Of a stretch of 64,000 nucleotides of DNA, positions 8,262 through 18,570 are shown piece by piece; position 1 is the first letter of the stretch; each line of letters begins with the position of its first letter. The notes below the pieces were generated by a model. It was not told where the DNA came from. It worked only from the letters and a program-made list of their open reading frames with translations, and did no database searches. The stretch comes from Minisyncoccia bacterium (GTDB lineage: Bacteria; Patescibacteriota; Minisyncoccia; SW-4-49-11), in the NCBI GenBank assembly GCA_044356325.1, contig JBIKWJ010000002.1, forward strand, positions 24,602 through 88,601. The letters run 5' to 3'. A program made the position numbers and the translations under genes.

Positions 8262-9758
8262 CTATTCCTTAAGTGGACTATCTTGTTTGATATCAGCTAT
8301 ACGCTTATATACCATTTCAGCACTAATGAGCTGAATAGGAACTCCAATACCAGGATTAGTTCCCGCTCCGACATAATACAAATTCTTCACCTTTTTAGAA
8401 TAATTATTAGGGCGGAATATTGCTGTCTGATTAATTGTATGAGCGAGCCCCAAAGCTGTACCCTTATAGGCATTATAATCTTGTTCAAAATTCTTCACAC
8501 TATATAATCTCTTATAGATAATTCTCTCCTTCAAGTCAGGAATATTCATTTCCTCTTGCATAATAGTCAAGATTTTGTCCGCATAAGCTTCAAGATGCTC
8601 CTCAGTATACTCAAGTCCTGCCGCAATAGGGACTAATACGAATAAATTCTCATCCCCTTCTGGAGCTACATTTGGGTCTGTCTTAGATGGAGCGCATACA
8701 TACATAGATGGATCCTCTGGCCACATCGGATCATCAAAAATTTGCTTAAAGTTGGTCTTCCAATCTTGAGAGAATAACAGATTATGATGAACTAAACTAT
8801 CTACTTTTCCTCTAACCCCCAAATACATAATCAAAGCTGATGGAGCGAGAATTTTTTTATCCCAATACTTTTCATCATATTCACGATACTCTACGGGAAG
8901 TAAATTGAGCTCCGTATGAGTCATATCAGCATTAGACACCACAATATCTGCCTTCACAATTTCTCGAGACTCAAGCTCCACACCAACCGCTTTACCATTT
9001 TCTACGACAATTTGTTTTACCCCATTCCCACTCACCAAATTTACTCCATTTTTCTTGGCAATATTCACCAAGGCCTCTGTAATGGTATACATACCTCGTT
9101 GTGGATAAAACACCCCCATATTAAAATCAATATGATTCATAATACTATATAAAGCCGGAGTATTATACGGAGAACTACCGAGGAAAACCAAAGGATATTG
9201 TAAAATTTTCTTTACCAAAGGATGTTTGAAATATTTGCTCACATATGCATCCATATCACTAAATACCGACAATTTTGAACCCTCAATCATAGTACGGAAA
9301 TTGATAAAATCAAAAATAGAATTATAATTCTTATACATAAACCCGTCTTTCGCAATTTCATATTGCTGGCGAGCCTTGTCTAAATATTCTCGAAGTTTAT
9401 CCCCCGCTCCAGGTTCTAATTCTTCCAAAACAGGAATATCCCGCTCCAAATTAGAAAACATATCAATAATTTTATTATCGTCTTTGAAGAATATCCGATA
9501 AGATGGGGCAAGCCGAATCAATTCCAAATGATCTTCAACTTTTTCTCCCATAAATTCAAAGAAATTTTCAAATACATCCGGCATAAGATACCAAGAAGGA
9601 CCCATATCAAAACGAAATCCCTCAGCTTCAAAGACATTGGCTCTCCCACCAAGATTTTGATTCTTCTCATATAAAGTCACCTCATATCCTTTGCGAGCCA
9701 GGATACAGGCTGTTGCCAAACCACCAATACCCCCACCAATTACAATAACTTTTTGCAT
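8262..9758 (-). CDS. crtI: Phytoene desaturase family protein (CrtI/CrtD)
   Basis: VIVIGGGIGGL FAD motif, GFRFDMGPSW, C-terminal LYYVGAGTNPGIGVP. Confidence 0.85.
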   Translation of the reverse strand: MQKVIVIGGGIGGLATACILARKGYEVTLYEKNQNLGGRANVFEAEGFRFDMGPSWYLMPDVFENFFEFMGEKVEDHLELIRLAPSYRIFFKDDNKIIDMFSNLERDIPVLEELEPGAGDKLREYLDKARQQYEIAKDGFMYKNYNSIFDFINFRTMIEGSKLSVFSDMDAYVSKYFKHPLVKKILQYPLVFLGSSPYNTPALYSIMNHIDFNMGVFYPQRGMYTITEALVNIAKKNGVNLVSGNGVKQIVVENGKAVGVELESREIVKADIVVSNADMTHTELNLLPVEYREYDEKYWDKKILAPSALIMYLGVRGKVDSLVHHNLLFSQDWKTNFKQIFDDPMWPEDPSMYVCAPSKTDPNVAPEGDENLFVLVPIAAGLEYTEEHLEAYADKILTIMQEEMNIPDLKERIIYKRLYSVKNFEQDYNAYKGTALGLAHTINQTAIFRPNNYSKKVKNLYYVGAGTNPGIGVPIQLISAEMVYKRIADIKQDSPLKE

Positions 9759-9844
9759 ATATACGACATTAAATTAATTATATATAGTATATCATAGATA
9801 AACTTCTTTATGATACAATATATATAGTCCGCTTCTGTATCACC

Positions 9845-10039
9845 ATGCCCTCTCCCGACATTATTTTGCTCTTTGATGCCGCTATCCTTTATGTTTTGGC
9901 ATTTGTATTCCTCATCAATCATTTGAGTCGAGGATTCCCCCTTTACCGAAACACACCCTATAATTTTACATTTATTCTTGCATTTGGGGTTACACTCATT
10001 GCTCTTGGTTTAAGGTTTTACCTCCTAACCATAAGATGA
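9845..10039 (+). CDS. Small two-helix membrane protein
   Basis: 64-aa ORF with two hydrophobic segments followed by a terminator (about 10050-10077). Confidence 0.5.
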   Translation: MPSPDIILLFDAAILYVLAFVFLINHLSRGFPLYRNTPYNFTFILAFGVTLIALGLRFYLLTIR

Positions 10040-10135
10040 TATTCTCCCCGCCTCCCGATCCCGTCGTGAGGCTTTTTATATAAAAACCGCCGAGCTTTTG
10101 TGGGCTCGGCGAAAAGGTAAAATTAGAGATTTGAA

Positions 10136-10399
10136 TCAGGGAGTATGACGGGATGAGGAAGTGGCCAAGGCCACTTCAGGGACAGGTGCTATCGGAGCCA
10201 CGAAAAACTTCGCTCCAGGGAATTGGGACTTGACCCAATTAACAAGAGGTTCAAGAAAAGGTGGTCTCAGTGAATACCCTGCCTCGGGTGGCCAAGGAAC
10301 AGTTTGAAACGATGATTGATTGTCGTCCGTAGGGACAGCTGCCAAATATTCTCGCCTGTGATCCCTGATAACAAGTACTCGTAACGCATAAGACGACAT
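10136..10399 (-). CDS. Hypothetical protein
   Basis: 87-aa ORF, TTGACA upstream (10520-10525), terminator at 10082-10111. Confidence 0.55.
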   Translation of the reverse strand: MSSYALRVLVIRDHRREYLAAVPTDDNQSSFQTVPWPPEAGYSLRPPFLEPLVNWVKSQFPGAKFFVAPIAPVPEVALATSSSRHTP

Positions 10400-10600
10400 G
10401 GTCTTGAAGCACCGGGTTGTGACAGATTGCCCGGTATACTATAGACTATGCCTATACTCTACACTATACTGGGCAGTCGCATCACATAACCCCTCTATTA
10501 AACTATACTTTATAAGACTTGTCAATATTAGATATCAGATTTACTATTTGCCAAAATATATTAGGATATAGTATACTATTTGGGTTGCACTAAACAGCTC

Positions 10601-10846
10601 ATGGGAAAACAACCTGAAGCACTTGCAAAATTCAGCGGTCAGGAAATTGCAGATGGCTGCATAGCAATTGCAGCACATAATATTATTGGACTTAAATGGA
10701 ATAGATATTTTTCAACACAACAAGCTGCAGCCATATCCTGGCTAACATATAAGTATCGGTATTCAGAACGTACAATTGAACAGTGGTTCGGGCAATTTGA
10801 TAAATCAGTACTACCTCCCCAAAGAGAAAGACGCTGGACAATTTAG
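10601..10846 (+). CDS. Hypothetical protein
   Basis: ATG at 10601, promoter-like sequence upstream, terminator at about 10862-10893. Confidence 0.55.
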   Translation: MGKQPEALAKFSGQEIADGCIAIAAHNIIGLKWNRYFSTQQAAAISWLTYKYRYSERTIEQWFGQFDKSVLPPQRERRWTI

Positions 10847-10892
10847 CTCATCACGACTCAGAGCCTCGGTCACAAGATCGGGCTTTTTTCTT

Positions 10893-11171
10893 TTATGTAA
10901 TCAAAATAAATCTCGGTCCTATCAAATCACCCCCCTTTGTCACATCAGTAAGCCAACCATCTTCACCATGTACTCGCCGTACCCAAGTAATACCAGAGTC
11001 TAGATTGCGATATATCACCACAACTTCTTCATCCCATTCAGATAAAGCCAGGGAGATAATCTCATATACACTATCAGGATTACGCCAATGGACATATTGA
11101 CCTCCCACAATAATCTCGGTAGCTAAAGCCTCAATTTTTGCCTGTAATTCGATATTGGGGATATGTCCCAT
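10893..11171 (-). CDS. DUF1653-like small protein
   Basis: GGQYVHW..YEII.LA...EE.VVIYR.L...WVR pattern. Confidence 0.7.
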   Translation of the reverse strand: MGHIPNIELQAKIEALATEIIVGGQYVHWRNPDSVYEIISLALSEWDEEVVVIYRNLDSGITWVRRVHGEDGWLTDVTKGGDLIGPRFILIT

Positions 11172-11270
11172 ATTATATTAATTAAATTATTTTTTTATTA
11201 TATCATAGGAAAAATAGATATTAATACATATTAGGCAAAAAAAGCTTTCGGAACATGTCTCCCTCCCTTT

Positions 11271-11714
11271 TTATTTCTTCATTATTCCTTGCACAAAACG
11301 ATAATACCGATAAATCCAAAATCCATATAATAGAGTACCTATAATATACAATAATCTCAGCCAAATCCAATATTGAGGGTCTAAATTCTCACGAAAAACC
11401 AATCCAAAAGGATACCAATATTCTCGATTCAGATAATGTACAGCAAAATAATTCTGAAGAGATGTGATAATACATCCTCCCAATACACTTTGAGACAAGG
11501 CAATGGCAAAAGTAAAGAGTAAAATACCCAATTTAGCATATATGACTATACGACTATATACTGAATTCAATATGATTTTCTTTTGAGGGAAAATTGTATA
11601 CTCTAATAGAATACACAAAGCAATAACCCAAAAAATAATCCAATAACTTGGATTATGAAGTCTATCTATCCATTGATTAATTTGTAGGGCAATTTGAGGA
11701 TTCATATATCCCAT
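11271..11714 (-). CDS. Membrane protein (possibly DUF2784-like)
   Basis: Three hydrophobic helices and a GCIITSLQN motif resembling CPLT.LEN. Confidence 0.55.
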   Translation of the reverse strand: MGYMNPQIALQINQWIDRLHNPSYWIIFWVIALCILLEYTIFPQKKIILNSVYSRIVIYAKLGILLFTFAIALSQSVLGGCIITSLQNYFAVHYLNREYWYPFGLVFRENLDPQYWIWLRLLYIIGTLLYGFWIYRYYRFVQGIMKK

Positions 11715-11843
11715 ATTATACCAGTTGATATGAATTTGTATAGAATCTTATCCAATCCTAACTATCACTCCCGAGAAGCTTCGGCTCAAACCAAAAGAAA
11801 GTCTCCCAGTACCGTGCTTGGGAGATTTTTTGTTTTATATATC

Positions 11844-12234
11844 ATAGGAGCGACCTTTCAGTCGCCCGAAAGTCCTCCTCAGCCATCTCAAATTGGATTT
11901 ACTTTGTCCTCCTTTGCCTGCCTGCGGTAGGCAGGGAGGAGGTGGCCGCCAGGCTGGAGGTGGATAATTAAAAAATATATTCTAAAATTTAATATTATTA
12001 AAAACAAATCCACCCTCCCCCTACGGGTACTCCCTCCAAAGGGAGACAAAAATCTCGAATAACCTGTCCCCCTTCGGAGGACAGAATAACTGTCCCTCGC
12101 TGGCGAGGGTGGCACGGAGTGCCGGGTGTGGACAGAGAGTTTTTAATTTATAATTTCAAATTATTCCACCCCGTCTCTCTCCTCAATAAAGTATAGGAGG
12201 GATCCACCCCTCAATTCCCACAAAATATGGGAAT
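11844..12234. repeat. Composite REP-like cluster
   Basis: Shares long near-identical blocks with 4312-4351, 8031-8130 and 8139-8180. Confidence 0.9.
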
Positions 12235-12291
12235 TTTTCTTTTAACACAAGAGCCCTTGACAAAATTAATAGGATGTGTTATAAACTATAC

Positions 12292-12432
12292 TAGTTTTAG
12301 ATAGTCCTCGCTTTACTAAAAAGCCCCCACAGAGACTATCTAAAATCCAAGAGAAAAAGGGTCCTCTTACACCTCTTCCCTCTTCCCTCTTTATTCCGCA
12401 GTCCCACGCAGCATAGCTTGGGGCTTTTTTTT
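12292..12432 (+). ncRNA. Candidate small RNA
   Basis: TTGACA(12257)-17-TATAAA promoter; 12-bp stem TTTTAGATAGTC/GACTATCTAAAA; pyrimidine-rich linker; terminator with T-tract; no ATG ORF. Confidence 0.45.
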
Positions 12433-12596
12433 ATATATTCCGGATGTCGTACGATATAATCAACTAGTCTCTCGGCTATATATTGACTAGAATCTATAAT
12501 AATATCTACACCAAAAATTTGTTATATCGGCAAGTCCTGGACAGCTTAAATACCGTATTGTATAACCAAAACTTTTGAGATATTCTTGATAAAATC
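12432..12596 (-). pseudogene. Possible remnant of a glutamate racemase-like gene
   Basis: Two frames give FYQEYLKSFGYTIRYLSCPGLADI and QIFGVDIIIDSSQYIAERLVDYIVRHPEY, reminiscent of MurI segments (judged by eye). Confidence 0.3.
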
Positions 12597-13490
12597 CTAT
12601 CCTATCTGTTGTAATATCTGTTTCATTATTTGTTCTACTTTTATACTATTCGGTTCTGGGTGAAATTCGAGCTCGGTATCATTAACTTGTATACGATTAT
12701 TGTTGTTCGACTGTATACTATTAGATTTAATCTTTTGCATTTGTCCCCATCGAGCTACTCTATTCCAAATATGTATGGAGAATTTAGTTAATATATTCTC
12801 TAGCCACGTTTTTATGGTATAGGACTGGAAATGATTGAATATGGGATATTGGCGTGCTTTGGCTTGGGGGAATAATTCTCTTGTCCACATATTATCTTGC
12901 CAGAATTTGTTTAATAATTGCTGTGAGTTTGCTCCTATTGCGATATAATCTGCATATAATTGGGCTGAATATATATTATGGTCGAAGCGTTTGAGATTAT
13001 TCTCGGTGATATAATGATTGAGACAAAAGCGATTTTCTTCCATTTCTCCTGAGCGACGTATTCCGAGTATTTGGGTTATGCTCGTTATCAGGAATCTTGC
13101 TATCCATAAATGCTTATTTTTGGTAATAATAAATATATCGATATCACTCCTTTTTTTGGTATTACCAGTGCTAAAACTAGATGAGCCAGCCAGGAATATA
13201 CCTCGTATAAAAGGTATGCTGATTAATAACCGTCCATATTTGGTAATTTGTCTATAGCGACGTATAGATTCTCGGCCTTTTTCTTGCCTTAGGGCGAGTA
13301 ATATATCGAAATTAGGGATTAGACCATAGAGACCATATTGAGTCTTTATTTGAGGAATTTTTGCGATTTGAGAGGGCAGCTCTTGTAGGGTATATTGCGT
13401 TCCAATTTGATAGCGATATATTTCCTCGAGCGTTAGCAATCTTTTTTGAGAAGTGGCATAGGCAAAAGTTTGAAGTAATGTATGATGCAT
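12597..13490 (-). CDS. Pol-beta-superfamily nucleotidyltransferase-domain protein
   Basis: IFLAGS...SDIDIFII motif. Confidence 0.7.
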   Translation of the reverse strand: MHHTLLQTFAYATSQKRLLTLEEIYRYQIGTQYTLQELPSQIAKIPQIKTQYGLYGLIPNFDILLALRQEKGRESIRRYRQITKYGRLLISIPFIRGIFLAGSSSFSTGNTKKRSDIDIFIITKNKHLWIARFLITSITQILGIRRSGEMEENRFCLNHYITENNLKRFDHNIYSAQLYADYIAIGANSQQLLNKFWQDNMWTRELFPQAKARQYPIFNHFQSYTIKTWLENILTKFSIHIWNRVARWGQMQKIKSNSIQSNNNNRIQVNDTELEFHPEPNSIKVEQIMKQILQQIG

Positions 13491-13523
13491 ATTGGTATAT
13501 AATTATACCTATTATATCATAAT

Positions 13524-16367
13524 TTAGACAAGATGTTTGAGATATTGCCCAGTATAGCTCTTGGCATTTTTGGCAATTTGCTTGGGGGTTCCCTCTGCTA
13601 CCACAGTACCTCCTTTTGCTCCTCCTTCTGGTCCAATATCAATAATATGATCTGAACTTTTGATAATATCGAGATTATGTTCAATAATAAGTATACTATT
13701 TCCTTTATCTGCTAATTGATGTAATACTCTTAGCAATTTTGCTACATCTTCAAAATGGAGTCCAGTGGTTGGCTCATCGAGTATATACAGAGTTTTACCC
13801 GTGGCTCTCTTGGATAATTCGGTAGCAAGTTTAATTCGCTGAGCCTCGCCTCCTGAGAGATATGGGGCGGGTTGTCCAAGCTTCATATATCCAAGACCCA
13901 CATCATAAAGAGTAGCTAATTTATCTTTAAGACTTGGTATGGATTTGAAGAATTCTAAGGCTGTCTCTACATCCATATCCAGTATATCGGCTATAGTTTT
14001 ACCTTTATAGAGAATTTGTAATACTTCTTTATTATAGCGTTTACCATGACAATCTTCACAATCTACATAAATATCCGGAAGGAAATTCATTTCAATTTTG
14101 AGTACGCCATCTCCTTTACAGGTCTCACATCGTCCACCCTTCACATTAAAGCTAAAGCGGCCTGTTTGATAACCTTTGAGCTGAGCTTCAGGAGTACGAG
14201 CAAATAAGTCTCTGACCACCGTAAATAATCCGGTATAAGTGGCAGGATTAGATCGTGGAGTTCTTCCAATTGGAGATTGATCAATATTCACCATTTTATC
14301 GATATTCTGTACTCCCGTAATATCTTTGAATTTCCCTGGTAAATCCTTTGCGCCATATAGCGTATGAGCTATATGTTTATATAAGATATCTTGTATAAGG
14401 GTACTTTTACCTGATCCTGACACTCCTGTCACACATACCATTTGTCCAAGAGGAATTTGAATATCTATATTCTTGAGATTATTCTCTGCAGCTCCCTTTA
14501 TATGTATGAATTGTCCATTGCTTTTGCGATATTTTTTGGGTGCTTGAATTTGTCTTCTTCCGGACAAATAATCAGCTGTAAGACCTTCTTGTTCCATAAA
14601 TTCAGTTGGAGTCCCTTTGGCAATAATACGCCCTCCAGCAGCTCCTGCCCCTGGCCCTACATCAATCACATAATCTGAAGCTCGAATAGTATCCTCATCA
14701 TGTTCTACGACGATGACGGTATTCCCAAGATCCCGTAAGTGCTGTAAGGTTTGTATAAGTCGATTATTATCTCGCTGATGTAATCCAATAGACGGCTCAT
14801 CTAATATATATAATACTCCCATAAGTCCTGAGCCAATTTGGGTTGCAAGCCGAATTCGCTGTGCCTCTCCTCCTGAAAGAGTATTGCTGGATCTATCTAA
14901 GGTAAGATAATCAAGACCCACATTGAGTAAAAATTTTAATCGAGATTGTATTTCTTTGAATATTGGAGTACTAATCGCAATATCTCGCTCGGTAAAATAT
15001 TCTTTATTTTCTTGTACCTTAGCGACATAAGCAGATAATTCATCAATACTCATATTAACTATTTGGTCTATAGTTTTATGAGCAACTTGTACGGAGAGAA
15101 ATTGTTTTTTTAATCTTTTACCATTACAAGTTGGGCAAATGGTATTCAGCATATATTTTTCAATTTCTGTTCGTATAAAGTCTGAATCAGTTTCTTGATA
15201 GCGTCGTAAAAGATTCGGGATTACTCCTTCATAGGTAGTTTCCATTTTATGCCCCCCTGATTGTATAGGCACTTTCATAGGAGTATTCGCTCCATATAAA
15301 ACAAAATGTAAATCTTCTGCGGGTAAATCCTGTACAGGAGTGGTGAGGCTGATACCTTTTATATCAGCAGCAGCTTCTAGAATTTTCATATACCAACCGA
15401 AAGCTCCTTTTTGTTTACCCACTCCCCAAGGTTTTATAGCTCCCTGATTAATAGTAAGTCGAGGATTTGGTATGACTAAATCTGCTGAAATTTCTGGAGT
15501 ATATCCAAGTCCATCACAAGTAGCACAAGCTCCATGCGGACTATTGAATGAAAAGTTTCGGGTTTCTAGCTCTCCAAAACTTTCCCCTGATTCCATTATA
15601 TATTTTTCACTCATTAACTCATCACGATACAAATTTTTATTCTTTTCTAATATTTCAGAAATAATAAGCATTCCCTCTCCGAGCCGCAAAGCTGTTTCTA
15701 CAGAATCTAATATGCGAGCTGGCTCAAATCCAGAAGCATCTAATAATCTATCTATTACGAGCTCAATAGAATGTTTTTTTTGCTTATCGAGATTAAGATC
15801 TAGGGCTTCTTCGGTCAAATACACGATTCCATCGACGCGAAGTCGCATAAATCCGTCTTGGAAAGCTTTTTGTATAGCTCCTTTATGTTCTCCTTTTTTA
15901 TCCCGAATAATAGGAGCAAGTATCATTATTTGCTTATCTTTGTAGCGAGCTACTGTATCTGCCATTTGTTTGGCATCTTGCATTCGAATTAATTCACCGG
16001 TATCAGGGTTAAATGGGATTCCAACTCGAGCATATAATAATCTCAAATAATCATAAATCTCTGTTACTGTACCCACAGTAGAGCGGGGGTTTCTCGACAC
16101 ACTTTTTTGGTCAATAGAAATAGCAGGAGATAATCCCTCTATCACATCCACATCTGGCTTATCCATCATTCCTAAAAATTGACGAGCATAGGCTGAAAGA
16201 CTTTCGACATAACGCCTTTGTCCTTCGGCATAAATAGTATCAAAGGCAAGAGAAGATTTCCCTGACCCTGAAAGTCCCGTAATCACCACAAGTTTATCTC
16301 GAGGTATAGTAATATCTATATTCTTGAGATTATGTACACGAGCTCCCTTGATTCTAATTTCATTCAT
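13524..16367 (-). CDS. uvrA: Excinuclease ABC subunit A
   Basis: Two Walker A motifs ([16 protein letters not shown]), two LSGGEAQR motifs, zinc fingers. Confidence 0.98.
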   Translation of the reverse strand: MNEIRIKGARVHNLKNIDITIPRDKLVVITGLSGSGKSSLAFDTIYAEGQRRYVESLSAYARQFLGMMDKPDVDVIEGLSPAISIDQKSVSRNPRSTVGTVTEIYDYLRLLYARVGIPFNPDTGELIRMQDAKQMADTVARYKDKQIMILAPIIRDKKGEHKGAIQKAFQDGFMRLRVDGIVYLTEEALDLNLDKQKKHSIELVIDRLLDASGFEPARILDSVETALRLGEGMLIISEILEKNKNLYRDELMSEKYIMESGESFGELETRNFSFNSPHGACATCDGLGYTPEISADLVIPNPRLTINQGAIKPWGVGKQKGAFGWYMKILEAAADIKGISLTTPVQDLPAEDLHFVLYGANTPMKVPIQSGGHKMETTYEGVIPNLLRRYQETDSDFIRTEIEKYMLNTICPTCNGKRLKKQFLSVQVAHKTIDQIVNMSIDELSAYVAKVQENKEYFTERDIAISTPIFKEIQSRLKFLLNVGLDYLTLDRSSNTLSGGEAQRIRLATQIGSGLMGVLYILDEPSIGLHQRDNNRLIQTLQHLRDLGNTVIVVEHDEDTIRASDYVIDVGPGAGAAGGRIIAKGTPTEFMEQEGLTADYLSGRRQIQAPKKYRKSNGQFIHIKGAAENNLKNIDIQIPLGQMVCVTGVSGSGKSTLIQDILYKHIAHTLYGAKDLPGKFKDITGVQNIDKMVNIDQSPIGRTPRSNPATYTGLFTVVRDLFARTPEAQLKGYQTGRFSFNVKGGRCETCKGDGVLKIEMNFLPDIYVDCEDCHGKRYNKEVLQILYKGKTIADILDMDVETALEFFKSIPSLKDKLATLYDVGLGYMKLGQPAPYLSGGEAQRIKLATELSKRATGKTLYILDEPTTGLHFEDVAKLLRVLHQLADKGNSILIIEHNLDIIKSSDHIIDIGPEGGAKGGTVVAEGTPKQIAKNAKSYTGQYLKHLV

Positions 16368-16370
16368 AGT

Positions 16371-17921
16371 CTATGATTTAGGATTATTACGAACTTTTGG
16401 TGTTACCCAAAAACCAAGATATTTACCAAATAATAATCTTGTTTGAGCCACAATGGCAGGAAAAGCTCCAAGAGTTAAAGCCACAACAGGGATAAATATC
16501 CATTGCACATACATCATAATAGTTCTCCAACGAGAATATTTAGCGGGACGCGGAGGTAATAAAAGAATATTAATATAAGTGGTTACAATTAATCCTATCA
16601 AGGTAATATTCATAATCATACCGGTATATTGGGGTAAATTATTAGAAAATACACTCGATTTAAAAGCAGCTCCTCCAAACCAAATAGGAAACCAAATAAA
16701 TATAGCAAGAATTACAGCTGAAGTTGCCCAAGTATAATGTCCTTCTATCATATTACCAATTCGGCGAATACGATCTCCCAGAGGAGCTTTTTTATTAATA
16801 GCATATGATCGCATAGTAGTAGGTAAATTCTCAATTCCCCAAGCCCATCTCTGCATTTGCTTATATTGGTTAATAAATGCCTGTAGTGGATTATGAGCCT
16901 GCACTGCATCCAATGATACCGGGATATGAATTGGAATAACATCATAATCTCCATTATGATAATCAATACATTTCCAATAAATAACGGAATCATCTGAAAT
17001 CATATTGACAGGCCAATAATTCACATCTACGAGAGTTTTAAAACTCATAGAATGACTTGAGAAAGTCACCATTCTATCATAACGTACCGATTCCATCATA
17101 TGCCAAAAGCTAGAGCTAATAGCCACAACACGAGTAAAAGCAGGGGCATCCCAAATATTATTATGATACATTGGCAAGGGCTGATAACTATGATTATGAG
17201 GATTTTCTGAATGTAAAAATTCATAAGTAAGAGCCGCAAAGTATTTAGGGTGAACAACAGTGTCGCTATCAAAAGCTGACATAATAGTTTTCTCAAAAGG
17301 AATTTGCTTTTGTTCTAAATAGATTTTTATTTGCTGTGCAGCATAAGTGGCATTAGCTCCCTTTACTTTCATTTCTCCTTCTATTCCATCAGGATGTATG
17401 GTGACAATAAAGTCTTGAAATACTCCTTTGAATTCTTTTTTGAGATAATTTTCTTTTTTCTGACGGGCCTCTCCCTCTCTTTCTTCAGTAGCCACCACAA
17501 CAATTAATTTATCAAGGGGATATTCACTATTTGTCAACGATTGTATGCTTTGAGCCAATACTTCTGATTCTTCATCATAGGTGAGAAACATAACAATATG
17601 AGTAATATCCTCAAATCCTGATAAAGCTTTTGCTTTAGCCAACCAGTCTTCTTTAATATCATGTTTCATTTGCCTATAGGCAACTATCAAATGTACACTT
17701 AAATATATTGCTTTGAATAGCCAATACAAATCAAATATCAAAATAAATAAAGCTACCTGAAAGGGGATGAAAAATGATAATACAATAAGTCCAATAAAAG
17801 TTGTCCAGGTTAAAAATGCTGGCAGTATTTCAAAAAATCTCTGCCAAAATCTTTGTTTGGGATCAGTTGTTTTGGGATCAGGATATATATACATATAATT
17901 AACTAATGATATTGGTGTCAA
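16371..17921 (-). CDS. Membrane glycosyltransferase family 2 (processive type)
   Basis: FDSD, ISDD and QMQRWAWG motifs with flanking TM helices; start may be a few codons downstream. Confidence 0.8.
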   Translation of the reverse strand: MTPISLVNYMYIYPDPKTTDPKQRFWQRFFEILPAFLTWTTFIGLIVLSFFIPFQVALFILIFDLYWLFKAIYLSVHLIVAYRQMKHDIKEDWLAKAKALSGFEDITHIVMFLTYDEESEVLAQSIQSLTNSEYPLDKLIVVVATEEREGEARQKKENYLKKEFKGVFQDFIVTIHPDGIEGEMKVKGANATYAAQQIKIYLEQKQIPFEKTIMSAFDSDTVVHPKYFAALTYEFLHSENPHNHSYQPLPMYHNNIWDAPAFTRVVAISSSFWHMMESVRYDRMVTFSSHSMSFKTLVDVNYWPVNMISDDSVIYWKCIDYHNGDYDVIPIHIPVSLDAVQAHNPLQAFINQYKQMQRWAWGIENLPTTMRSYAINKKAPLGDRIRRIGNMIEGHYTWATSAVILAIFIWFPIWFGGAAFKSSVFSNNLPQYTGMIMNITLIGLIVTTYINILLLPPRPAKYSRWRTIMMYVQWIFIPVVALTLGAFPAIVAQTRLLFGKYLGFWVTPKVRNNPKS

Positions 17922-18279
17922 GTACTAACCACAAATAAACTCCTATTAAACTAATAGCGGCAATACTCGCCCCAAATATCCAATACACTATTATATACTG
18001 TATTGAGTGGTTCGTAAACCTCTTTTGTATATACCAAATTCCAAATCCATTAATAGCTGTAATCAAAAGAGCATATATACCATATTGCCAAACATATTTT
18101 GCTGAACCTATTACTGTTACTCCTTCATAAAAATTAAACCCTATATTAATTCCTACTCTATCTCCAAATTGCGTTTGTATACGAAACAAAAATAGAAGAA
18201 TAACAATACATAAAACTCCCATCACTAATCCATACAGAATAGTAGTTATAGGTAATTTGTAAGGAAGTTTTTGTATCAT
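17899..18279 (-). CDS. Membrane protein
   Basis: Three TM segments; translationally coupled to the upstream gene. Confidence 0.65.
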   Translation of the reverse strand: MIQKLPYKLPITTILYGLVMGVLCIVILLFLFRIQTQFGDRVGINIGFNFYEGVTVIGSAKYVWQYGIYALLITAINGFGIWYIQKRFTNHSIQYIIVYWIFGASIAAISLIGVYLWLVLDTNIIS

Positions 18280-18569
18280 CGCATTCGAATTTGTAATCTT
18301 TTTACTTCAAAATTAATGACATTAATAGCTTTGTTGAGAGCTTGTATAATATCAAATTCATATAATTTAAGCTTATGAGCTTCAAAATGTGAGCCTACTA
18401 TTACTGCCAGGGAACCTTGCTGTAGGGATATTGCTTCTGAGAATTGAAGCTCTTCAAAATCTGTTTGTACTAATTCATTATATAACATACAGACACGAGT
18501 ACTTTCTACCTTCTTATACATATCAGAAGTTGCAGGGTATTTTTGATTAAGAACTCCACTAATGCGCAT
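18276..18569 (-). CDS. DciA/DUF721-like protein
   Basis: GSLAVIVGSHFEAHKLKL...IIQALN...VKRLQI pattern and size. Confidence 0.55.
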   Translation of the reverse strand: MRISGVLNQKYPATSDMYKKVESTRVCMLYNELVQTDFEELQFSEAISLQQGSLAVIVGSHFEAHKLKLYEFDIIQALNKAINVINFEVKRLQIRMR

Positions 18570-18570
18570 A

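Noticed and set aside
7775-8507. CRISPR array or real ORFs (7839-8042, 8079-8507) in the repeat cluster
   Set aside because: Repeats vary in sequence, orientation and spacing, no cas genes are present, and the ORFs are translations of repeats or antisense to crtI
10414-10493. Integron attC site
   Set aside because: GTT/AAC ends are in the opposite order to attC, there is no regular array and no integrase
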